From an uncultured Candidatus Saccharibacteria bacterium (GTDB lineage Bacteria; Patescibacteriota; Saccharimonadia; Saccharimonadales; Saccharimonadaceae), in assembly GCA_964608555.1 (NCBI GenBank), contig CAZSPU010000002.1, forward strand, positions 1,395-65,394: 64,000 nucleotides of DNA. Direction: 5' to 3'. Position numbers and translations under genes: made by a program. The notes below the pieces were generated by a model. That model did not search any database. It was not told the origin of the DNA and was given only the letters and a program-made list of their open reading frames with translations. Position 1 is the stretch's first letter, and each line of letters starts with the position of its first letter. This document shows positions 27,097 through 35,763 of this stretch, piece by piece.

Positions 27097-27330
27097 ATGG
27101 AAATTTTATTCAGTGCTACGGAACAGCGTTTTTCATCGGAGTATTATCATGCCGATTTCGACCATGACGGAAATCGATTTTTCCAAATTGCAGATTTGAT
27201 GACTTATGTTGCGCGTCTTGTATTCAAGCAACGCGAAGGCATAGCTCACAGTAGTAGCGATCAAATATTCTTCACCAAGGATAATCTCAGACTGCTAACT
27301 AAAGATATTTTCCTAAAAGCCGCCCCTTAA
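27097..27330 (+). pseudogene. Probable gene fragment (DUF3800-like C-terminus)
   Basis: 77 aa with 'FFQIADLMTY', resembling the DUF3800 QxAD motif; too short for a full domain. Confidence 0.35.
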
Positions 27331-27432
27331 AGAGACGGCTTGTCTAGGATTATCCCTAGTACTGGTCAGAGCCTGTATAGAAATAAATCTATACTCAGCC
27401 CCTAGGTAGCAACATTAAGTTGCCCATAATTC
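27315..27432 (-). ncRNA. Structured non-coding RNA candidate (~115 nt)
   Basis: TTGATT-17-TATAAT promoter upstream, three hairpins (GCAAC/GTTGC, GTATAGA/TCTATAC, CTAGG/CCTAG), GC-rich terminator with U-tract; only a 10-codon ORF. Confidence 0.4.
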
Positions 27433-27579
27433 CATTATACCATACTTTCATAAAATAATCAATAGTTTTTGTCAATTTTCAACTGTTTTTCTGTTTTGTT
27501 GTAAATTTTACAACAATGAGTACTATTAGAAGATGTTTAACTGTACACAAGATTACTAAGTATGATCCTAAGGCATATC

Positions 27580-30462
27580 TCACAACCCCAAAACCTGTTT
27601 CAAGTATTTGCCGGTTGGGGTATTGGAGTCCTTGGCGAGTTGCTCGGGCGTGCCCTGTGCCATGACGCGACCGCCTTTTTGACCGCCCTCTGGGCCCATA
27701 TCAATCACCCAGTCAGCGCTCTTAATGACGTGTAAATTATGCTCAATAATAATCATCGAATTGCCACCGTCGACGAGACGGCCGAGAATTTCGAGCAACC
27801 TTCTGACGTCGTCAGTATGCAAGCCGGTGGTCGGCTCATCGAGAATATAGAGAGTCTTGCCGGTACTGCGGCGCGCGAGCTCGGTGGCCAATTTGATGCG
27901 TTGCGCTTCGCCGCCAGAGAAGGTAGTAGCCGGCTGGCCAAGTTTAACATAACCGAGTCCAACTTCTTGGATAGTCTTGAGCTTGGGCGCGATCGAAGGA
28001 ATGCTAGCAAAAAACTCTACCGCTTCGTCGATCGTCATATTGAGAACTTCGGAAATATCCTTACCCTTATATTTCACCTCGAGAGCTTCGTGATTATAGC
28101 GTTTGCCGTGACAAGTCGGACAGGTCACATAAACATCTGGCAAGAAGTGCATTTCGATTTTGTTGACGCCGTCGCCTTGACAAGCTTCGCAGCGGCCGCC
28201 TTTGATATTAAAACTAAAACGCCCAGCCTTATACCCGCGTAGCTCGGCTTCGGGCTGCTTCGCAAAAAGTTCGCGGATTTGATTAAAAACGCCGGTATAA
28301 GTGGCCGCATTACTACGAGGCGTGCGCCCGATCGGTGACTGATCGATGACGATGGCCTTATCGAGAAATTCGATGCCATCAATCCGCTCGTGCAGACCAG
28401 CGACTGTCTGAGCCCGATGCAAACGTGCCAGTAATTCATTGGCCAGAATCTCATTCACCAAAGTCGACTTACCGCTACCAGAAACGCCAGAAACTACCGT
28501 CATGACACCCAGCGGGAAATGCACATCGATATTTTTAAGATTATTTTCGCGCGCACCCACAACTACTAATTCTTGGTCTTTTTTGGGCTTGCGGCGTTTC
28601 GCCGGCACCGGAATCGTCTTGCGACCAGAAAGATACTGCCCGGTAATAGAATCAGGATCGTTTGCTACTTCTTCGGGCGTACCTGCCGCCACTAAACGCC
28701 CACCGTTTTTACCGGCGCCTGGCCCGATATCCACGATAAAATCAGCCTCACACATCGTATCTTCGTCGTGCTCAACCACCAGCACGGTATTTTTGAGATC
28801 GCGCAAATGCTTGAGCGTAGCAATTAACTTATCGTTATCGCGTTGATGCAAACCGATTGACGGCTCATCCAAGACATAGAGTACACCTTGCAAGCCCGAA
28901 CCAATCTGCGTCGCCAGCCGAATTCGCTGCGCTTCGCCGCCCGACAAAGTATTAGCGGCGCGCCCCAGCTCGAGATAACCAAGCCCTACATCTTGCATGA
29001 ATTTGACGCGCTCACGAATTTCTTTGATAATTGGCTCGGCAATCAGAGCTTCGTTGTCGTTAAACTGGAGATCTTGATTGAGCACATCCAGAGTGGCATC
29101 GACGTCGAGATTACACATATCCATGATATTGAAACCGTGCACCGTCACCGCCAAGACCGCCGGCTGCAAACGTGCGCCGTGACAAGTCTGACACTCATGC
29201 ACCCGCATGAAACGCTCGATATCTTTGCGCACAAAATCGGAATCTGTCTCTTTATGGCGGCGCTCAAGCGTCGGAATGACACCTTCGTAAGTCGATTGAT
29301 AAGTCGCGCCATTACCCCATTTGCCATGTCCGCCAACCTTGACTTCGTACTTCTCTTTGCCGGTACCGTATAATAATATCTGCAGATTTTCTTCGGAAAG
29401 CTGCCCGATCGGCGTATGCACCGAAAATCCATGCCGCGTCGCGACAGCGTCGAGCCGTTTCAGCCACCAGGATTCTTGAGTAACGCGATTAAACGGCCGG
29501 ATGCCGCCTTCGGCAATGGTCAGATTGGGGTTCAAAATTAGATCTGGATCAATTTCCAGGCGCGTGCCTAGCCCTGTACAAGTCGGACAGGCTCCCTGCG
29601 GCGCATTAAAACTAAACAGCCGCGGCTCTAACTCTGGAATCAGCTCGTCGGGATGCAATTCACAGGCATAACGCTGAGAAAAAGTAAAAATTTCGGTCTG
29701 GTTTTCGCCGATATTCTTCTCGCCAACTGAGGTCGAATTGTCATTAATTCTCAATAATTTAATAATGCCCTGCCCCAGTTCCAAGGCTTGTTCGATCGAT
29801 CCGGAAATGCGACTCAATAAATCTGGCGACAATACAAACCGATCCACAACAATCTCGATGTCGTGACGATCATTTTTGTTGAGGTCGGGAAATTCATCGA
29901 GCGCATAGACAATTCCATCGATGCGGACACGCGAAAAGCCTTTTGCTTGATATTGCTCGGAAACGTGCTGAAAACTTCCCTTTTTCTGGGAGACAATCGG
30001 CGCCAGCAGCATTAATTTGCTTCCGAGTGGCAATTTCATTACTTCGTTAATAATGTCTTCAACACTGCGACGCTGCACTTCACGATGACAAATCGGACAA
30101 TGCGGAACGCCAATGCGCGCAAACAGTAAGCGCAAATAATCATAAACTTCGGTCACAGTCGCAACGGTCGAACGCGGATTGCGACTAGTCGACTTCTGAT
30201 CAATTGAAATCGCCGGGCTCAAACCAGTAATACTATCGACGTCTGGCTTATCCATCACTCCCAAAAACATGCGCGCGTAACTTGACAAACTCTCGACATA
30301 GCGGCGCTGCCCTTCGGCGTAAATCGTATCGAAAGCCAAGCTCGACTTACCCGAGCCCGATAAACCAGTAATCACAACCAGTTTATCTCGCGGAATATCG
30401 ACGCTAAGATCTTTGAGATTATGTTGCCGCGCACCGCGGATTCGGAGAAAATTGTCATTCAT
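27580..30462 (-). CDS. uvrA: Excinuclease ABC subunit A
   Basis: [38 protein letters not shown], two ABC cassettes ([18 protein letters not shown]), Zn fingers. Confidence 0.98.
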   Translation of the reverse strand: MNDNFLRIRGARQHNLKDLSVDIPRDKLVVITGLSGSGKSSLAFDTIYAEGQRRYVESLSSYARMFLGVMDKPDVDSITGLSPAISIDQKSTSRNPRSTVATVTEVYDYLRLLFARIGVPHCPICHREVQRRSVEDIINEVMKLPLGSKLMLLAPIVSQKKGSFQHVSEQYQAKGFSRVRIDGIVYALDEFPDLNKNDRHDIEIVVDRFVLSPDLLSRISGSIEQALELGQGIIKLLRINDNSTSVGEKNIGENQTEIFTFSQRYACELHPDELIPELEPRLFSFNAPQGACPTCTGLGTRLEIDPDLILNPNLTIAEGGIRPFNRVTQESWWLKRLDAVATRHGFSVHTPIGQLSEENLQILLYGTGKEKYEVKVGGHGKWGNGATYQSTYEGVIPTLERRHKETDSDFVRKDIERFMRVHECQTCHGARLQPAVLAVTVHGFNIMDMCNLDVDATLDVLNQDLQFNDNEALIAEPIIKEIRERVKFMQDVGLGYLELGRAANTLSGGEAQRIRLATQIGSGLQGVLYVLDEPSIGLHQRDNDKLIATLKHLRDLKNTVLVVEHDEDTMCEADFIVDIGPGAGKNGGRLVAAGTPEEVANDPDSITGQYLSGRKTIPVPAKRRKPKKDQELVVVGARENNLKNIDVHFPLGVMTVVSGVSGSGKSTLVNEILANELLARLHRAQTVAGLHERIDGIEFLDKAIVIDQSPIGRTPRSNAATYTGVFNQIRELFAKQPEAELRGYKAGRFSFNIKGGRCEACQGDGVNKIEMHFLPDVYVTCPTCHGKRYNHEALEVKYKGKDISEVLNMTIDEAVEFFASIPSIAPKLKTIQEVGLGYVKLGQPATTFSGGEAQRIKLATELARRSTGKTLYILDEPTTGLHTDDVRRLLEILGRLVDGGNSMIIIEHNLHVIKSADWVIDMGPEGGQKGGRVMAQGTPEQLAKDSNTPTGKYLKQVLGL

Positions 30463-30502
30463 TGCCGTATATTATACAGGTTTATGTTCGTTTAATCAAC
30501 CC

Positions 30503-30731
30503 TTCGTGCGTAGTGATAGGACTGAGAATATCGGTTTTCTTTATTCTGGACACACAGCTCACCTTTGGAGCAGTTATGCTAATTATGGTACACATTTTCA
30601 GGACAGTTTCAGTCTTAGCTTCAATCTTACTATCAGCACTTCAGACGTCTACCCCTCCAACAACTTCTACAACTACCGTTACTTCGGTTATCCTCTCCGC
30701 TGCCTAGTACGGTGGGGATAATGGTAATGGA
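30503..30731 (+). repeat. Variable cassette copy 10 (stop codon TAG changed to TGG)
   Basis: 5' arm perfect; 3' arm CCTCTCCGCTGCCTAGTACGGTGGGGATAATGGTAATGGA; FVRSDRTE...[13 protein letters not shown]. Confidence 0.9.
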
Positions 30732-30821
30732 TTATCTCATGAAATATCCCCCAGCGAAATGCTGGGGGTGGTAATAAAAGGAGGTGAAAAAATGATGTTG
30801 GCAAAAAAATAATAATAAGAC

Positions 30822-31253
30822 TTAGCTGTTGTCTACGCAAACGTAGGCGACCGGCTGCTCTTCGGCAGGGGAGGCCTCAACAGGTTTGTCTTCGGTGTTT
30901 CCGAACTCATCGGAATCGATAGTCTGGTCTTCGGACGGCTCTTCAATAACCAAATACCCATGGCGGGTGTGAGCATTGTAATACCCGTGGAACTTCTCCG
31001 GGAGATTCCCGGGACACTTGTAGCGCATAAACTTTCCGCTTTTAGCAGAGCGCTCCAAACGCCCCTTGATGTTGAAAGAGTATCCGTTGCCATCTTCGTG
31101 ACTAATCTCCGTGACCGCGGTCTGGAAAATGTCGCCGCTTGCGTCTTGCATCTTGACGCAGAAAAAATGGTTGGCGTCGTAGGCGTAGGCAAGAGCAACA
31201 AACAAGTCCATCCGGCTGGGGCCATTCACGATTTCGTAATTTTTAGTAAGCAT
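30822..31253 (-). CDS. Hypothetical protein with acidic tail
   Basis: GGAGG SD before MLTKNYEIVNGPS; own TTGACA promoter (31320-31348) and hairpin terminator near 30746-30768. Confidence 0.65.
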   Translation of the reverse strand: MLTKNYEIVNGPSRMDLFVALAYAYDANHFFCVKMQDASGDIFQTAVTEISHEDGNGYSFNIKGRLERSAKSGKFMRYKCPGNLPEKFHGYYNAHTRHGYLVIEEPSEDQTIDSDEFGNTEDKPVEASPAEEQPVAYVCVDNS

Positions 31254-31378
31254 ACACTTACCTCCCTTCTTCAATGTACACCGCCGAAGCAGAGTATATC
31301 GCATACACGATATACTTCTATATTATCACAGATTGTAGTTTTTGTCAATAGTTTTTGATTATTTTCTTATTTTGTGGC

Positions 31379-32830
31379 TTAATAATCGCTATTTTGCAAG
31401 TTTTGATACCACAACATCAATTCTTCAGCCAGATAACGGCATTCATCAACACTTTTACCGTTAAAACCTTGGTTTTGCGCCAGCTGTATCTGAATATCTT
31501 GAAGCTCCTTGAGGAATTTGGGACCTTGGCGGTCGAGGCGCTTAGTCCGATAGGTCTCCCATTGCTCAGTTTCCAACTCACTCAATGCCGCGGGGAAATT
31601 TTTGGCCTTATAATGCAACAACAATTCCGGCAAGCGTTCATCTTGAAATTCTGGATGAAAATCCGCCAGTTCATCCGCTCCGTTACGACGCACCACGGCA
31701 CAGAGGCGCTGATCGCTATGCTGAAGAAAGCCATCATACAGCATCGACTCAACATCATCAGCGCGCCCATACTCGGGACGCGGCAGCGCAGCCATCCGCT
31801 CAATAAACTCTGGATGCGCCCGCAGGCTCTCAAGATTTTGCTGCACCGTAGTTTCATTTAAACTAACCTTATCCCAGCCGTTCTCTTTGCCAAGGACTCC
31901 GATGGGCGCTACCGCCGGGCAATGATTAAACTGAAGTTTTTTGACAACCGGGAAATAATCTCGCTCCCAAATCTCGCGTTCGCGGTAAGGCTTCTTCTTG
32001 TCGAAAGTGCCGTTCTCGCGCGCAGCGGCTTCACCCTGCAAAAGCTCGTCGAGATTGTGTCGCAAATCATAGACTAGGAGTGAATTATTAGCGGCCGGAG
32101 CAATAGGATACGCAACCGTCGTAAAGGCCGTCTTAGAGGGATAGCGGCCGCTAGCATAAACAAAAGGCTGCGGATTGTCAAGATTGATCAGGCGCATGAC
32201 GTCGCGTTTCTTGCGTAACCCATAGAGAAAATCGAATAACTGCGGCTGTTTTTCTTTGATTAGTTTTGTCACGCTAATCAAAGCTTCCACGTCCGAAAGC
32301 GCATCGTGAGCATGAGTATGCTCAATGCCGTTGCACTTCGTGATCAACTCGAGGCGATTAGTCGGCTTACCTTCGGGGGTCAGGGGCCACTCAATCCCTT
32401 CGGGGCGCAGCGCCCGCGTCATGCGCACAACATCCAACAGATCCCAGCTACTACGGCCGTCTTGCCATTGCCATTCGTAGGGATCATAAAAATTACGCCA
32501 CAAGGTATGGCGCATAAACTCATCATCAAACCGAATCGAATTATATCCGGTCATCGTAGTGTGTGGCGTGGCAATTTGATCAATAAAGTACTGACAAAAT
32601 TCACGCTCGGTCATACCATCAGTACGAGTAGAATTGGGTGTAATACCGGTCACCATAATCGCTCCAGGATTTGGCAAGGTATCTTCGGCCAAGGCAATCA
32701 GGAGATTAGTCGGCTCGCCGATGGGCTGGAAATTGAGGTCGGTACGCTGCCCGGCAAACTGCATGATCCGATCGGTCCGCGAATTGAGACCGGAAGTTTC
32801 CAGATCGTAAAAATAAAATGTCTCCTGCAT
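31379..32830 (-). CDS. sbcB: Exodeoxyribonuclease I
   Basis: FYFYDLETSG, GYNSIRFDDEF, HAHDALSDV (DEDDh exonuclease), C-terminal YKAKNFP. Confidence 0.92.
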   Translation of the reverse strand: MQETFYFYDLETSGLNSRTDRIMQFAGQRTDLNFQPIGEPTNLLIALAEDTLPNPGAIMVTGITPNSTRTDGMTEREFCQYFIDQIATPHTTMTGYNSIRFDDEFMRHTLWRNFYDPYEWQWQDGRSSWDLLDVVRMTRALRPEGIEWPLTPEGKPTNRLELITKCNGIEHTHAHDALSDVEALISVTKLIKEKQPQLFDFLYGLRKKRDVMRLINLDNPQPFVYASGRYPSKTAFTTVAYPIAPAANNSLLVYDLRHNLDELLQGEAAARENGTFDKKKPYREREIWERDYFPVVKKLQFNHCPAVAPIGVLGKENGWDKVSLNETTVQQNLESLRAHPEFIERMAALPRPEYGRADDVESMLYDGFLQHSDQRLCAVVRRNGADELADFHPEFQDERLPELLLHYKAKNFPAALSELETEQWETYRTKRLDRQGPKFLKELQDIQIQLAQNQGFNGKSVDECRYLAEELMLWYQNLQNSDY

Positions 32831-32896
32831 AGATTTATTATAGCAGAATCATTCCTAACGCAGGCGAAAATGAAGTATATTTTAAGCAATGATTAA

Positions 32897-33036
32897 CCTC
32901 AGATACTTGGTACGGAGGTTTTGGGTTTCGCGGAGCTAATAATCTGCCTCCAGGTACTCAATACGGAGGGTTTAGATTTCACAGAACTAACAACTCCTCT
33001 TCAACTGCTCGGTCTGGAGGTTTTGGGTTTATGAGG
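32897..33036. repeat. Three degenerate ~51-bp tandem units, each with a CCTC...GGAGG hairpin
   Basis: GGAGG(T/G)TT at 32914, 32965 and 33016 (51-bp period); CCTC at 32897, 32947 and 32996. Confidence 0.55.
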
Positions 33037-33087
33037 TCAAGGAGAAGGCCCGCCGAAATTGGCGGGCCGAAGTAGTGCTAAAAAGGC

Positions 33088-33762
33088 TTAACTGACGCGA
33101 TCAATGCTGCGGCCTTTTTCACTCGAAGTCATAACCTGAGTAACTTGGTGCGCAGGCACGCGAACAGTCATTTTGCATCCCCTAAAGGGACATCTGTGTC
33201 TCTGCAATGCCGTAACCACGTCGTGGATGTGCAGCACGTACCGAGTTGCGAAATAGATCACTTCTCCGTAGGATTCGTCCGGAACGGGCGCCTTTTTCAC
33301 GGTAGAGATAATCTTAGCTTGGTCGCTGCGACGCAGGTTGGCTTTGCGCCGGAGATGATGTTGCATACTCTGAGCGCAATTCGTGAGCCAGCTTACTTCC
33401 AAATCCGCAATCGCGTCATCAGTGAGTTCTTCATCGATGTCAGCCAAAACGCTACGACGGCGCCAATAGGCGACAAACATGAAGGCACTGAAGGTGACTG
33501 GCACCATGCCGGATACGACAACCGCACCCAAGACATAGGCGCCAATGACCATAATGACATTGGGGTCAGTCCCCAAGCAGTTCACGGCAACCAGCTTGCC
33601 AACACCCAAGCTAATCACGAGCGACAAAATAGCGCCGAGAATAACACAGGAGCGACCGCTGATAGCCTTCACATGTCCGCGCTCATCGCGGAGAGATGTG
33701 CACATTGCAGTCAGTATCATGAAAACGATACCGATGACGATAATAAACCCGATGTTGCTCAT
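33088..33762 (-). CDS. Hypothetical membrane protein
   Basis: Three hydrophobic segments; AAGGAGG SD; TTGACA-17-TACAAT promoter (33833-33861); GCCCGCC/GGCGGGC terminator near 33048-33070. Confidence 0.7.
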   Translation of the reverse strand: MSNIGFIIVIGIVFMILTAMCTSLRDERGHVKAISGRSCVILGAILSLVISLGVGKLVAVNCLGTDPNVIMVIGAYVLGAVVVSGMVPVTFSAFMFVAYWRRRSVLADIDEELTDDAIADLEVSWLTNCAQSMQHHLRRKANLRRSDQAKIISTVKKAPVPDESYGEVIYFATRYVLHIHDVVTALQRHRCPFRGCKMTVRVPAHQVTQVMTSSEKGRSIDRVS

Positions 33763-34054
33763 AATTTACCTCCTTATTACCAAACGAGTACATCGTACTT
33801 GAGCCGGCCTTCTTCAAACGACTCATGCTTTCATTGTAGCACACATTGTTAAATTTGTCAATAGTTATTACAATCTTTTTTGTAATTTGCCAAGCTTAAG
33901 CTCGATTTAAGGGGTGGTTGTGGACTCAGGAAGCGCAAAGGACACCTAGATACGCATGAACTGCTCCGCCGTGCGCACGCAGAGGCGCGACAGTCCACTC
34001 TCAGTGCAGTCAGATACATATGCGAGCCGAAGCTCTGAGTGGGCTAGTTGAGCG

Positions 34055-34996
34055 CTAGGCGCTGCGGTGTTTGAGGTAAGAGATTGCTTCGATCGCAGCA
34101 GCTGCACCGTCAGCGGCGGCAGTGACGACTTGATGGATGGAGCCGGCGCGAACATCGCCAGCTGCGAATAAGCCGGGGACGATGGTTTCGTGAGTGAGGA
34201 TGTTACTAGTATGATCTTGAGTATGATTATCCTGAGCATTAGGTAACAAATTCTGCTTGGTTAAGACGTAGCCTTGGCCGTCGAGCAATTTATCACCTTC
34301 GAGGAGCTGGCCAGCGAGCGAGTGCAGGCAGGTGCTGGCGGGAGTTTGACCAATGTAGACAAAAATATGGTCAAATTGCTTAAGTAGGTGCGAGGTCGGC
34401 TCGGTATTTTCGACGATTTTGACATTAGCGAGCGAGCGCAAGATATCTTGTAGAGCTTGGTCGGCCTTGAGCTGAGAATGCGTGATAAGCGTAACAGAGG
34501 CGGCGAGGCCAGCCAGATAAATTGCTTCTTGGACGGCGGAGTTAGCACCGCCGATGACCGCCACTTGCTTCCCTTGTGCTAGATGACCGTCACACAAAGC
34601 GCAATAGGAGACGGGCGGAGTTGGCGTAAAATTGAGGGAGCGGGGCAGCGAGCCGGTGGCGATAATGACAGCGCGGGAATTGATGATGTCGTCGTCGATC
34701 GTGAGAGCGAAATGATCATGATAATGCGTAATGTCGGTGCATTCCCCATACTCTACCGGCACATCAAGTGCAGCGATTTGATCAAGCATGTGCTTAGTAA
34801 GATCAGAGCCGGTGCCGACAAAGCCTGGATAATTCTGAATCTCGGGAATAATTGCAAGTAAACCGCCAGGAGTGGAACGCTCGTAGATCGTGACCGAAAG
34901 TCCGGCACGCGCCACATAAAGGGCAGCCGACAGAGCCGCCGGACCACCGCCGACAATAGCGATATCAGTGAGTGGTTGCGTAGAATCTTGATACAC
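34055..34996 (-). CDS. trxB: Thioredoxin reductase-like FAD/NAD(P)H oxidoreductase
   Basis: IVGGGPAALSAALY, VIIATGS, SYCALCDG (CxxC), VIGGANSA, GLFAAGDVR..QVVTAAADGA. Confidence 0.88.
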   Translation of the reverse strand: MYQDSTQPLTDIAIVGGGPAALSAALYVARAGLSVTIYERSTPGGLLAIIPEIQNYPGFVGTGSDLTKHMLDQIAALDVPVEYGECTDITHYHDHFALTIDDDIINSRAVIIATGSLPRSLNFTPTPPVSYCALCDGHLAQGKQVAVIGGANSAVQEAIYLAGLAASVTLITHSQLKADQALQDILRSLANVKIVENTEPTSHLLKQFDHIFVYIGQTPASTCLHSLAGQLLEGDKLLDGQGYVLTKQNLLPNAQDNHTQDHTSNILTHETIVPGLFAAGDVRAGSIHQVVTAAADGAAAAIEAISYLKHRSA

Positions 34997-35004
34997 GTCT
35001 GGCC

Positions 35005-35739
35005 TTATTTACTGCTGTCGCCGCTCAGAGAATAATATGACATATAGAGCTGGAGATAGATATCTTGGAGTTCTTCGCGAAGCTTGACTAAGTTTGCATC
35101 TGGCTCGATGGCCATAACGATGAACTTCAGAGGCTTGTTCAGACCGCCACAAATCGAGCGCGTGTCGCCGTAGGCCAGATCGCCAGAAATCGTCAGCTCG
35201 CGAACGCCGCCGATTTTCATACCAATAACGCCTTGGTTCCAGCCTTCGATGAGGCCGCTAGAAGGGTCGATCGGCGGGTTTAAGCTAGTGGCATCGTTGG
35301 GATGGGAATTTTCTTGACCTTGAGTATTAAAGGAGGAATCGAAGATGCTACCATCTGCACACCAGCCAACATAATAGGCCAAGTAATCAGTATCGCCTTC
35401 GGTCAATTCTTTGCCAGTACCGACTTTGAGATCTTCGTGCTTGAGGACGGCATTGTTGGCGTTGGCTTCGTTGTAAGCCTTAATCTTGGAAATATATTTC
35501 TTAAACTCAGGGAAATATTTGTCTGATAAGGGCTGGGCGGCGGCGGTAATTTCGGCATTTTTGGCGTCATATTCAGCCATAAGCTCTTCGGCGCGAGCCT
35601 CTTTGCCAGAAACGGCGGTTTCGCTATTATTCATAAACACAAACATGTAGGTCAAAATCGTCGACCCGAGCAGTAAAATTGCAATCACCACAATCACTAC
35701 GCGCTGCCAAATACCAGTTTTTAAATCTTTTTTATCCAT
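35005..35739 (-). CDS. FKBP-type peptidyl-prolyl isomerase, membrane anchored
   Basis: N-terminal TM, DLKVGTG, YVGWCADGSIFDSS, LIEGWNQGVIGMKIGGVRELTI...LAYG. Confidence 0.9.
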   Translation of the reverse strand: MDKKDLKTGIWQRVVIVVIAILLLGSTILTYMFVFMNNSETAVSGKEARAEELMAEYDAKNAEITAAAQPLSDKYFPEFKKYISKIKAYNEANANNAVLKHEDLKVGTGKELTEGDTDYLAYYVGWCADGSIFDSSFNTQGQENSHPNDATSLNPPIDPSSGLIEGWNQGVIGMKIGGVRELTISGDLAYGDTRSICGGLNKPLKFIVMAIEPDANLVKLREELQDIYLQLYMSYYSLSGDSSK

Positions 35740-35763
35740 GCTTTCCCTTTCACAATAAATTAG

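Noticed and set aside
392-30731. Calling the cassette family a CRISPR array
   Set aside because: Unique segments are ~160-180 bp, consistently open in one frame with shared protein motifs, and mostly dispersed; no cas genes are present.
392-30731. Calling the cassettes a complete classical DGR (TR/VR pair)
   Set aside because: No reverse transcriptase, avd or full-length target gene in the window, and differences between copies are not limited to adenines and include indels.
392-30731. Integron gene cassettes (attC)
   Set aside because: The arms lack GTTRRRY/RYYYAAC cores and the long imperfect palindrome, and no IntI is present.
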